In this document: positions 49,111-61,819 of the stretch, one piece after another
Numbering within the stretch: position 1 is the stretch's first letter
Layout of the letters: each line of letters begins with the position of its first letter
Assembly (NCBI GenBank): GCA_964106645.2
Contig: OZ067046.1
Length of the DNA: 64,000 bases
Direction: 5' to 3' (one strand)
From: Podarcis pityusensis
Lineage: Eukaryota
Translations under genes and position numbers: made by a program
The notes under the pieces: model-generated
Databases searched by the model: none
The model's input: only the letters and a program-made list of their open reading frames with translations
What the model was told of the DNA's origin: nothing

Positions 49111-50966
49111 TTTGGATAGTTCCTTTGACTGCATTATTTTGTTTTGTGGAGTGATCATCTTAGAAAGGCTTTGGTAATAGAGGATCTTTGCCTATTACAA
49201 GTCTTTGGATCAGTTGACCCCTTTCAACACCAACATGTTATCATTTCTCTCTCATTTCTGAAGAGGTAGCTGGCCTTTCTCCTTTATCTTGGTGTCCTTC
49301 TAATCTAGATTATGCTCATTATGGATAATGATCAGGCAATGTGACATCCATTGTAGATTGGTGTAGAAGTACAAAATTGAGAAGTAATGGTTGTGCCAGC
49401 AGGGGAAGTAGCTCAATTCATCTTGCTATGTTCATTCCTGGTTTGTATAATAATGTTGTCCTTTTCTCTAGCCTCCAACTCCCCCCCCCTTCCTTTCTCT
49501 CACACACCACCCCCTGTTTCTTCCCTTCTGCACTTACTGTTTGCCATTTGCCCTTTATAAATAATCGACTGCCCTCAGGGCTCTTCATGCTGCTAAAATT
49601 AAAATACAGACTCATTTCCAGCTCCTTGGGGGGCCCACAAGGCAACATGAGGAATTAGTGAATTGTTTGAGTTTCCAACCCTTTTTCCTCATGATAAAGT
49701 GGAGATACATTTTGGGGGCGGCTCCTAATTAGTTCTTAACACCAGTGACAGATTGGCCTTTTAAGCACCTGCTGAGCTCCTTGCCTTGCTGATGTCCCTA
49801 CAATACCTGTGGGTAGCCTTTAAAAAGGGAAAGGAAGTGCCTGAGTGCAATGCATCTGCTTCAGAGTACAGCAGCAATGGACTGATGCAACCCTGAGAGT
49901 CCCCAAGGAAACATTATTCATTATGTATTTACAGTTATTGGATTAAAACTTTGTAATGTGCTCTGTTCAATTAATAATAATACCAAGTAGGCCGAGCTAC
50001 AAAATGCATTGTGCCTTTTAAAAGCTCTAATATAGGAAAAGACAAGCAGTTTGTCCTAATGAATGCATCTAATTGGTGCACTTTATTATAAAACACTGGA
50101 ACAGCATTTTTCACCAGGCAGTTCTATTTGTAACAGGCTGTCTCCAGGATGTCAGGGTGTAATAAATGTGCTGCAGACTAGAATTGCTGATTAGCATTTC
50201 TGGAATCCCAGGAACTTTGTGGTAGCTGTTTGCTATCACAGGAAGATCTTAGAGCCCTTTGAGATGGATGCTGAGAACCATCGCCTGTCAGGGTCAGCCA
50301 TGAGGTCTTGCATTTTCAGACTCCCCAACTGCTAATTTGTGTGTGGACTATTACGTGATCACACATCCTGTGGTAGCAAAACTTAACTCTTTTTAACCTC
50401 AGACTTCAGATAACTAAGGTGTGATGTATGTTTGAAGTAAGAGTGAGAAAAAAAGCCACACACATGGAGAAGTCATTTGTGTTTCACTTTCTTTTCGAGT
50501 AACTGATAATGTAAATAACACGGCTGTGAACAATCACAGAGACAGAGGTGGGTATACCTCAGAATTCATAGCTATTACACATTGACCTGAGGGAGGAATT
50601 ATACAACTATTTTGACATAGTGTTTACATGCCCCCACATGACTTTTTGTTCTGTGAACAGGTTTCTAAATGATCTGAGATGTCTCTGATTTGTGTTGAGA
50701 TTGTTAATCACATATTTTGACTGGCCCCATATTCACAAAATCAGTCATCTTACTTTGAAGCAAGCTTGTGGTGGCTTTACTGTGAATCACACCAGAATGA
50801 AAACTGTGGGCATGAAAGTATGGCTAAGGTCTGGTTCAGACATGCCTGGGTATCAACTGATTACAGTGCACATGACGACTTACTGTGGATCAAGGGAGTT
50901 GCATTCCAAAAGATTTGGGGGTATAAAGCTGGGAAAGGCTGCTGCAAACAAGCCTTATGTATGCAT

Positions 50967-51189
50967 TAGGAGTGGAGAACCTCGAGTCTGGGGCCAAATA
51001 CTCTCCACCAGGGCTCCTTTTCTGCTCTCAGGGTCTCTCGAGGTCAGACCTGCTCCCCAACCACAACTTATTTCCTAAGACCATCCCTATTGCCACCCTT
51101 CTTCACATCCTCCTTGATTACTTTTGCCTGGCTGGAATAGGTCATTGGAACCAGATAAGGACTCTTGTTTACTTGGATGGAGGATAGAG

Positions 51190-51230
<41 letters not shown>

Positions 51231-51376
51231 AGCTAGCAAACTGTACAAATATAGGATTCATATTAATTGTTCTGCTCACTTTTTGCCTCTGGCCCCACCC
51301 ACCATTTGTTTGTCCCCAAAAAAACTTGTTCAGAAAGGAATGAGATCCTTGGGCTGAAAAATATTTCCCATCCCTG
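50967..51376. mobile_element. hAT MITE containing a (TG)n tract
   Basis: Ends TAGGAGTGGAGAA / TTCCCATCCCTG. Degenerate TSD GTATGCAT / GTATACAG. (TG)n at 51193-51227. Confidence 0.6.
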
Positions 51377-53980
51377 GTATACAGAGATATGAATGTAATG
51401 ATAGGGAGGTTAAATCATTGGTTCAAATGTTACCTCAGCTTGGTATGCAAGGCTCCATTCTTTCAGACTTATTCCCCAATTGCAACATGGGTATAATAAT
51501 AATGATCTACTGCTAATCATATTGACATAGTATATGTGATGCATTTTTAACATTCTCAAGTGTTAATAAATACATGTACTATATGCATATGATAAAATGA
51601 AACAATCTGAAGAAGAATAAATATAGATTTGCTGAATCCCTAAGAATCTTTTAATATCTTTCTTTACAAAAGAAATTTCTTTAAAGTTAGCATGGTCTGT
51701 TATGAAATGCAGAATCTTCAAAGTGGTAAGGTCTCATATGTGTAGGATTCCCCTCCCCTATGCATAATTGCTGGTTCCCACCTAATACTTTTCATATAAT
51801 ACATTTTCATTGTAGAAAGCCATATTCTTATAATAGGAAAATATTATGGTTCTCATGTATCCTGTAGCCTCACAGCAAATAATCATCTGTCAATAACATC
51901 CTCCTTTTGCTGGTAGGGCCACAAAGGAGATGAAATGGCAGCTTTCAAATATGATACACTTGATGCTCTAATAATCTCATATACAGAAGAAAAGAATGTG
52001 AACCTTGAACTGGGATTCTTTTATGTGTGCTTTCCGTAAGGTAGAGATAGTCTTCATGTTTCTCTTTTAACAGCATTGTGTCAGCAAGCATAATCATTCT
52101 CCCCTGCCTCTTTGAAACAAGTATACAAAAGATGAGGATGCCCCTTAGAGAAACTTTAATCTTTTCAGATGCTGGAGGAAAGCTCCAATCCCAAGAGAGG
52201 CACACTCAGATTTTAACGCTCTTCATTTCTTCACACATCTTACATTGAAAGTCAAAGCGGTTTCACATTCCTCACTAACATTTCAAGTGAACATGATTCC
52301 AGAATATTATGAAACCACAAAACTCTCAACTTGAACTTTGCAGATGATTTGTTTGTATTACTTACCATAGCATTATTTTGGTCACATCAGCTCCTTCTTT
52401 GTGTGTGTCAGAGAAGACCTACAGGACTCCAAGGTGGCATCTGCTAAGGTTATCTTACTATTTCATATGGTGGTGGATATAGGGCATGTCTCTATTGCCA
52501 CAGTTGTACCCTTGGATCTCTCACATATCAAGCATCTGCTGTGGAATTTCTCAACATGCAAATGGGAGTAGTAACCCCCCCTCCCACAACCACCATTTGA
52601 AAAGAGGGTATTGAGGGTCAATTCTTGCTATTTCATTTTTTCTTCCCAAGTGGAGCTCACCAGTCAGTTACTCCCCACATTTTTGCTTCAATTCTTTATC
52701 CTGCGACATCTTTGGTTTATCACTCCCTTGCTGACTTGTTCTGTTACTTGACTGACACCATATGCTGAGGAAAGGCTTTGTGAGCAGGGGAATAACTATA
52801 ATTGGTCCAGAGGCAGATAGAGCTAGGAGGCTTCCCTGCTCTTGCCTCTTTCTTCATGGCTTTGTATTGTCATAAAGCCACTGACCCTCTTTGAATTGCT
52901 TTATGCTGCTCTTATTCTGTGCACTGAGTTTTCCTTAAGGGAGTGCTGGTTGGACTGTAGCCCTTACAGACACCATGACAGTACAGTTCCCTGGGGTAAG
53001 ATATCATACAAAGCGTATGTATATATTAAAGCACAGTCCAGAGATTTGGGTGGACCTTCCGTTAAATGCTGCTCTAAATTTGAAATAATTTCCAAAAAAT
53101 CTGATCTGTCCATCAGGTAAAGGCAGTTGAAACCTACCTGTATGCTCCCTGGCAAACAAACAAAAGAAACCATCTATATTCTCAGTCAAAGTATCTCCTA
53201 GGATTACTTCTCCCCACCCCACCCCCACTGGAAAGGGCAAAAGGCAGCCATACCCAATGAGCACTTAACACATAATCCTTATTTTTCAAAGGCAATGAAA
53301 TGATAACTCGAATAATTTCCGTGCTATTAAAAGTACAATTCTGCTTTCCTTTCTTCAAAAGAAAACTGTGTCATCCAAAGACATATTTCCTCCCTCCCTC
53401 CATAGCTTACATTTTCAATTGATTAAACCTGAACCGGAATGTTCCTTTTTGGGTCACAGACTGCTATTGCCCTTTTAACTTGCTTTGCAGAGCTCCTAGG
53501 CCTGAAGTTTGTCAAGCATAAATGTCAATACAGTAGTCAAAGTATATTGCCATATACACTAAAACAGTATTATTATTACAAGCAAAACACATGAACTGAG
53601 TCCACCCAGTTCTGTTATAAGCATCGCACATTTGAAGCATCACACTTTATAGCACACAGACAGTATTTTGAAATAAGAATCCATCCATTGATGCCTTTCA
53701 GAGCCATTTTTTTCAGGTGCATATTCACTTTGGCTTTGATATTTAAAAAAGCTATCACTTAGAAAAAAACATATGAACAACCTGAACATAAAAGGACAAT
53801 GGAGGAGAATGCACAATACACAGTAGCTCCCACTAAAATATCACATTAAACGGAATTTTAAAAATTCTGCTAATAAACAAATTCATATATTAGACCTTTA
53901 ATCTTTCACCAGCTTAATGCTAATTTCCAGAGCTGAGTCTTGATTCCTGAATAGGTGGGAATTTAATATTAACTTAAGCA

Positions 53981-53982
53981 TT

Positions 53983-54025
<43 letters not shown>

Positions 54026-54061
54026 CTCTCTCTCTCTCTCTCTCCCCCCCCCCACACACAC
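53981..54061 (+). repeat. Compound microsatellite (TTTC)n(TC)n(C)n(CA)n
   Basis: Directly visible in the sequence. Confidence 0.92.
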
Positions 54062-54794
54062 TAATTCACTGTGTGGTATGTGTTTTGGAAAGCTGTTTGT
54101 TTGCTATGCATTTGGACACCTGCTAAGATCTTATAACCAAATTTTGCATGATGGTTCCAGGGATCAAGGAGTATGCTTGCATATAATTGAACGGCATTTT
54201 GAATCAAGATGGCAGTCTGAAATTTTCAAAACTGCACCATTTTCTTTTGTTCCTTTGAATTCCCAAGCAATGCCAGACACAAAGATGTTTGTAATTTAAT
54301 ATATTTATGAATAGATGCTGTAAAAAGTATATGCATGCACTCTGTTACTTATAAAATCATATATCAGTAAATATTTTCAAAGCTTGTATTATATACCCCA
54401 CTTAAAGAATGGTATGTTAATCCATTTTACACATTTACTGGAGAATTTCTAGTTGATCAATAGAGGTCAGTCCATTAGAGTGAATGGACCTCAGTTTGCC
54501 TATCAGCCTCCAGCTTCGTAATGTACAACTGGTACAGAGGGTGGCAGTGCTTGTCAACTTCCTCCTCTTTAGTTTCAGTGTTGTTGAATGCTGTAGGAAG
54601 CAGCGTGGTCACAAACCTGGAATTAGTTGACTCTGCTTTCTCTGGCTCCTCCTACTGTTGACCTCCCATCCTTCCACCCTACCAGTGGAACTACTAGCAA
54701 CTGTGGCAATTGTTATGGCTGCGGCTCCTTTGGTTTCACAATGGAATGATAAGATGGAATAGGCTGTTGACTTTATCATTCCTGAGCATCTGCT

Positions 54795-55820
54795 TTAGAC
54801 ATGATCCTGCTGGATCAAGCCAGTGGCCCCTCTAGCATTCTGTTCTCACAGCAGCCATAGGTCTATAGGAAGCATGCAAGTAAGGCCAACAGTACTCTCC
54901 CCTTCTGGAGTTTTCAACAAGTAATATCTAGAAGCATACTACTTCTGACAGTAGAGGTAGAGCATAGCCACTAGGCCTTGCAGCCGTTGATAGACTTATT
55001 CTCCATAAATTTGTCTAATCCCCTTTTGAAGCCACTCGATGGCCATTGCTGCCTCTTGTGGGAGCTAATTCCATAGTTTAACTATGCACAGTGTGAAGAA
55101 GTACATACTTTTTCTCTGTCCTGGCTCTTCCAACATTCAGCTTCGTTTGTTGGTCCCAAGTTCCAATATTGTAAGAGAGAGAGAGAGGGAGAGAGAGAAC
55201 ACCATTTTCCCTATCCACTTTCTGTATAATATGGACCTCAAACATATCACATTTCACTCACCTTTTCTCTAAACTAAAAAATCTCAAATGTTGTAACCTC
55301 AACTCATGGGGAGCTGCTCAATCCCCTTGATCATTTTGGCTGTCCTTTTCTGAACCTTCCCCAATTCTGTGATATGCTCTTTGAGGTGAGGTAACCAGAA
55401 CTATAAACAGAATTCCAAGTGTGATTGAACCATAGATTTGTATAATGACATTATTGGTAGTTTCATTTTCAGTCCCTTTCCTAATGATTTATAGCATGGA
55501 TTTTACTTTCTTCACAGCTGCTGCACACTAGGACAACATCTTCATCAAGCTATCCACTGTGACCCCAAGGTCTCGTTCCTGATCAGTCACTGACAGTTCA
55601 GAGCGTATATGTATAATTAAGATTTTTTTTTTGCTACACTTTAACAATTGTTTCCATTGAATTTAATTTGCCATTTTACGGGTCCACTCATTCAGTTTAG
55701 ATACATCTTTTTGGAGCTCTTTGCACACACACAACCCACATTTAACCACCCTGAACAATTGAGTATCACCAGCAAATTGGTTACCTCACTGCTCATCCGT
55801 AAGTCTAGATAATTGATGAA
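54795..55820 (-). mobile_element. Old CR1 LINE 3' part
   Basis: CCTGCTGGATCAAGCCAGTGG tail; TTGTCTAATCCCTTTTGAAGCCA; ACCAGAACTATAAACAGAATTCCAAGTG; GTATCACCAGCAAAT (reverse of an FADD-like motif). Confidence 0.8.
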
Positions 55821-56510
55821 GTTGTTGTTTAACTTTCTTACCCACCCTTCGCCATAAGCTCCCAGGGTGGATTATTGAAATATGAAATATAAAGTGCAAG
55901 ATTTAAATCCAGTTAAAATCAGGTGTTTTCATTTATATATAACTCAGCTGTCAAAGGCCAAGCTATTGATTCTCAAAAATGTTGGGGGAAATGGGGTGCA
56001 TCTTCATGTTTGATGGATTCCCAATTGTTTGTTAACAGCTAGGAAGCCAAGATCTTTAAAAAATGTTATGCCAAGTATTTATTTCAGATAAAGAAATACT
56101 TTTATCATTGTGGGCATGGGTGTGATATTGTGCTGCTGTTTATTACTCATAAACCATTCCACCACACTTGCATATTTCAAGTCTTAATGCAGATGATAAT
56201 TCATGGAGACCTGTAATAGGCTTATTAAAATGAGCCATTACAATCTTATTATTGTTCAATACTGATATTGAGGCTGATAGTAATAAAAAGGGATGTGGCA
56301 AGGTAGAGAATAAAAAGTCACAAAAACAAGATAATCAAAACATTATGCATTCTTTGGAATTTGAAAAAGTTGATGACTGAGAGAGCCATATAGTATGATG
56401 AAAGTTTCGTGTAATGCAAGGAAGAAAGATTTAGGATGCAATTTATCTGCCTCGTCCAATGTCTTGCTGGGTTCTCACCAGCAGGAAGGAATGAAAGAAC
56501 AGTTCTTTTC

Positions 56511-56545
<35 letters not shown>

Positions 56546-57224
56546 TTAAAACACATTTAAACTACATTTCCCCCCTCAAACAATTATGGGAACTATAATT
56601 TGTTCAGAGTTCCTGGGAATTGCTACTGTGTGAGAGGTAAGCTAAAGAATCCAACATTCTTTGAGGGAAATGATGTGCTTTGAATGATGTGCTTGAATAG
56701 GCTGTGTATATTGTATACACAGCAAAATTCTCATCTGCTTCTTTCCTGATTAATCTTTCCTTTAAATATTCCCTCCCCATTGCGAACAAATGAGAAGGAA
56801 ATAATGGATGCAAGTTTTCTATCTGGATTGCAGCTATGCTGAGTGATTGTGAGAGCACTGAATCCATTAGATCCAGCGCTTTTGCTGGTCTGGCCCCAGG
56901 ATGCCCTCTTAAAAATCCTACTGATGTTGGTAGGACAAGGGCTGTGGACAATTCTTTGGCAATGAGGATGAGATGTCTGACATCAGATTCCTCTTTCCCA
57001 GGTCTGCTTCTAGGGAAGGGAATCTAATGTTTCATACGACACTGATATGCCCTTTCAGGGATCATAAGGTTACAGGGTTAAGAACAGACTCATTTATTTT
57101 TGTTTTTAAGTACTTCAAACCACATGTTCTCCAAGCATACTGATCCCTTTATTTCATTTGTCGGTAGTGCAATTTTGGCTCCAATCCTGTTGGCTCTCAT
57201 CACCCACTGAGATAATTGTTAGAG

Positions 57225-57560
57225 GGAGTAATGCCAGCCTATGTCTGTATCCTTTAACATCTGGGTACCCCCTTTAAAAGGGCCTGGGTAGGAGTATTGC
57301 TATCCGGGAGCCCACATGGGGGCTGGTGGGCCATAGCACCCCTTCCGGTTGGGGGCACCAGCAGGAATATCACACTTGAAATACATGTCAAGGGGTGGCC
57401 ATCATGCCAGGGCCAACCCATCCCAGGTTCTACCAGTAGACGGGCTGTTGGAGAGCAGATACTTACCCAGTGCTTTCGTGAAACCAGATTACAATTGTAA
57501 TCAATAAAGTTGTGGCTTAATTTACCCCATTAATAGTCTCCTGCGTATGATTTACCACTG
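57225..57560 (+). mobile_element. Possible Ngaro/DIRS- or LTR-type terminal repeat remnant
   Basis: GC-rich island ending in CAATAAAGTTGTGGC, matching CAATAAAATTGTGGT on the minus strand at about 61858-61873 downstream of the SGNH relic. Confidence 0.35.
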
Positions 57561-59045
57561 GCAATCCCCATCAGTAAGCAGTGTGCCTTATGCACCTGGG
57601 ACATACAATAATGCCAATCCATATCTGACTACTACCTGCACATGGAAATTATTTAGCATGTTTATATATCACTGTTTGGTAAACCATGATGAATCTGCAG
57701 ATACAACAGGATTGGGTAACTACAGTAAATGATCATCTGTGTTTGTAACAATGGGTTATCAAGCTAGTCAAACAAGCTTTCAATAAATTTGCCAGAACCT
57801 TATCAAGAGCAAGTTATACCAGGACTCACTGATGAGGAAAAACTCCAAATCTACCTTTAAAAGAACAACATCTTGACTGACTGGGCATTCAATAATTTCC
57901 CTTCAGATATTACTTCCCCTGCCCCCTGCTTTACTGTTACTATTTCACTTTCATTGACTCAGTGTGGTTCTGCCTGTTCAGGTGCTTGCAGCATTTGGTC
58001 TGGAGTATGTTTACTTGCAGACATGCTCAGAACTCCATTCCCTTTCTTCTCCTGGCTTACTCCAGCAAAAGAAAAAAATGATCCACTATTTGTTTAGGGC
58101 ATTCATCCCCCCTCCCCAATTTAGTTTTCATTAGAAGGTGCAAACTTTTTGTTACAATTTGTTTTGGTCAAGCATTGTTCTGGAGGAATTGCAGCTTCTA
58201 TGAAAAAACACCCAGATCAGCTTATTTCCTTTTCCATACCTAATTGATTGGGAATCTTCTTTTTTCCTGAAGATTTCATAAGATAAGCATATTCTAATGA
58301 TGGAAGCCTATATATTTGCACCCCTTTGCCCATCTCATTCATTATGAGTCACAGTGGGAGAAACCAGGATGATACCAGCAGCTCTCTGTCATATTAAGGA
58401 TAAATATCTTCAGAAGATTTATGGATAAACAAAATCCTTTGCTCCTGAATTTTGAACAAAGCCTTTGAGTTTCTAGAGTTTAAGGGTTAGCATTGGAGGG
58501 GAAATATATTGTCTGGAATTGAGAACTTTTCTGAATCTTTCATCTATTAAAATATATATCATTATTATTACCATGCTATTTGAGGTGCAGTTGTCATCTT
58601 CATATATTTGCTCTTCTCTTATATCTTCTGTAAATCATACATGCTAGGGATATCAGAACAGTAAAATAAATAAAGGTACAAAGTGCTATGCTTGAAGTCT
58701 GGTTGATGTATTTGTCTTACTGTGCAACCAGTAAAGAAATATATAGGCCACTGATGATTACTGCTTTGAATACAATAACCCATTTCCTACCACACAAGAT
58801 ATAAGCAACTTAATGGGCCATTCAGATATCCCCCACATACCCATATAGAAAATACAGGAGGGACCACATGCACTGGCCATGCCCCCTAGGGATAAATGCC
58901 CTATGTGTGTAGAGTTCATCCTCATGATCAAAAGCCCTGGTTGGCATGTCAAAGGGATGTAACTAGTAGGTTCATCAACCCTTGGCAGGTAGTGGTGGTC
59001 AAGGATTGGCAAGAGCAGTCTCCATTGTCACATTTTGGTCATAAC

Positions 59046-59207
59046 CTCACCATACATTTAAAACTCATTTAAAGAACATGGCTTCACCTAAAGAATCTTG
59101 GGAACTGGTCTTTGCCCCTCGCAGATCTACTATTCCCAGCAAGCTATGGTTCCCAAGATTCTTTGGGGGAAGCTATGTGCTTAAATTGTATGGTGTGGAT
59201 GCAGCCT
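59046..59207. mobile_element. Palindromic MITE (PIF/Harbinger-like); related copy at about 56545-56695
   Basis: CACCATACATTTAA...AAAGAATCTTGGGAAC / GTTCCCAAGATTCTTT...TTAAATTGTATGGTG inverted arms, followed by TTAA. Confidence 0.6.
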
Positions 59208-59245
59208 TAATGGGTGCTTGAAGGGCTCTTATGAACACCCCCAAA

Positions 59246-59598
59246 CGTGGTGTTGTGGTCTAAACCACAGAGCCTAAGGCTTGCTGATCAGAAGGTCAGT
59301 GGTTCGAATCCCCATGACAGGGTGAGCTCCCGTTGTTCGGTCCCTGCTCCTGCCAACCTAGCAGTTCGAAAGCACGTCAAAGTGCAAGTAGATAAATAGG
59401 TACCGCTCTGGTGGGAAGGTAAATGGCGTTTCCGTGCACTGCTCTGGTTCACCAGAAGCAGCTTAGTCATGGTGGCCACATGACCCGAAAGCTGTCTGCA
59501 GACAAAACGCCTGCTCCCTCGGCCAATAAAGCAAGATGAGTGCCGCAACCCCAGAGTTGTCCGTGACTGGACTTACTGGTCAGGGGTCCCTTTACCTA
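59246..59598 (+). mobile_element. Sauria SINE
   Basis: Head GTGGTGTTGTGGTCTAAACC...GGTTCGAATCCCC. Reverse complement of the 44674-45034 copy. Ends CCCTTTACCT. Confidence 0.92.
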
Positions 59599-60242
59599 TA
59601 TGTGCTATAATTGTATGGTGTGGTTGCAGCCTTAATGGGTGCTTGAACACCCCCAAAGGCATGGGCAGTGTAATACATCTATGGGTAAAGTGCAGTAGAT
59701 TTCTAATACTCAGCTAGGGATAGGGGAGAGATTCAGTTTGATTTGCGTTTTAATGCCCACTTATTCAATCTGCACTTCCTGAAATGGTATGTAAACTGAA
59801 ACACAGCCATCCTTCAAAACCCACAATGCTCCAAATTTTGCAGACCCTACTTTTATTATGACATCTCTCCAAGGAGCTCAAAGCAGGAAATGTAGCCCTT
59901 CCTCTGCCTTTACAGGTAAGAACAAAGCACTAACAGTCCACTTAGGCTTGTGGACACAGTTTGTGGAACAGATTTGATTCACAAAAGTTTGCTCACCATG
60001 GCATCGGTAGGCAACTTGCTGCAAATTGGCTAACCGACTAGCTGCTCTTTGTAGTGACTGAATGAAGAAATGAAACACGGTGTTTGTTTTTCCTGCCTCA
60101 TTAATCTAAGGGCAGGAAGTCAGCAGGACAAAGGTAGTCCCTTCACTACAGGGAGACAGTGTCACTAGGTTGTTGTGCAAATGGTAATAAATGTAGATTT
60201 GGGAGCGGGGGGGGGGTTGGGGGGAGGGGGACAGGGTCTGGT

Positions 60243-60360
60243 CTCCATGTAGGTCTGGGAATGTCCCCTGTTTGACACCCTGGAGAGTTATTGCTAGTCA
60301 GTGTAAACAGTAATGAGATAGATGGGCCAATGGTCTGGCTCAGTAGAGGCAGTTTCCTAA
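60243..60360 (+). mobile_element. Squam3-like SINE 3' part
   Basis: CCCTGGAGAG...CAGTGTAAACAGTAATGAGATAGATGGGCCAATGGTCTGGCTCAGTAGAGGCAGTTTCCT. Confidence 0.7.
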
Positions 60361-61819
60361 TCTCCATCTACTACTAATTGGCAACCTACTACTTAATTTA
60401 CAAAACAACACAGAACAGCTCCCTCTGCTTCACTGATGCATGGCTCTTATGACACTTTATTCTAAAAAGAAAAACAAAGAAAAGCTGCTTATCTCTTTAA
60501 CCAGCAAACTGACCTGAACTGATATCCAAATAATTCTTCAAAATACACTGAAAATGCAAGTGTGACCGGACAAGTAGTGACTGTGTTGCATCATTTCTGA
60601 GTAACAGTTGGCAGACAGGTGTACAGTTGGTGCACTTTATTTGAGCCTTACGTTGGTGTTAAAAATATTATTTGTTAATGCTGACTTTTTGGGAAATTAT
60701 GGCTCGCACCTGCTCTTTTATTATATGCTTATTCAGGTGCATTTCAGCAGCACTTACCAAAGTATTAATAATTTATGGACTAATTGAATGCAGCCTATAA
60801 AATAAAGTGATCACAATTTATATCATCTTATTAATTAAAGCAAAATTTATCTTGGATAGAGGGCAAGCATAAGTCCTATGCAAAATGATGGCAGCCTTCT
60901 ACTGCCACCCCCCTGCCTCCCCTTTGCACAGGAGTGTCTTTAGCTCCTAAAACTCTGCCTTTAATATTTGATTAATTTCAACTCTATCATCTCCCATAAA
61001 TCTAATAAAGTAATAGGAAGCAAAAGTATATACGGGATGAAAATTGCTTCACCAATAAAAAAGGATAATTAATGGGAAGATTCTGTAACGTCTTGAGTAC
61101 TCATGATGCCCAACAAAATTGTGTCCTATACACACATAAAGAAAGCATGAAATGAAAAGTTCAGAATCGGTTAGCTATCCATCTTCAGGTTTTAATTAGG
61201 GATTCAGTCAGGAGTGCACTTTATGAGATGCTTCCATACCTGCACAACAAACCGTAGGATCAGTTGAAATTGCAAGAAAATATTAAAGCATGAACTCACT
61301 ATAAAGGCTGATGGGTTTATATAGTGTTCTCTCTCTCTCCATTCACATGCTATTCGTATTTAAGTTACATTAAAAACATAAATTGAATCAAACTAGCAGA
61401 AAATGGTTTTGGTTTCCTGCCTTCATTAACAGGCTTCCGCTTCATGGGAAATGGTTTGCATTCATACCCACTCATCTTGAAATACTTCTGTTGCTAGTGC
61501 TTCCTTCTCGTCTAAGAAGGTCATTGTCTCATCAGGATCAACAAACGATCATGAGTGAATCATGAATCACATTGGGAGCAATTCTTTCAAATGATATGGT
61601 GCTTTGTAATTTACCAAGTCAAATGACTCAGTTAAGAAATATGTTTTCCTATCAAGATCTGCCTGCCAGACTTCAGATTTCCATGCATCACTTCTATATT
61701 GTGCTAAACCTACAAAATAAGTTTTACTTTTTTCACTCTTATGTTTTGTTCTTTTAGTGCTTAACTTTAGGTCAGGAATTTTTGCCCTGCATGCAAAAGA
61801 AGTAAGCTGTCCACCCGAA

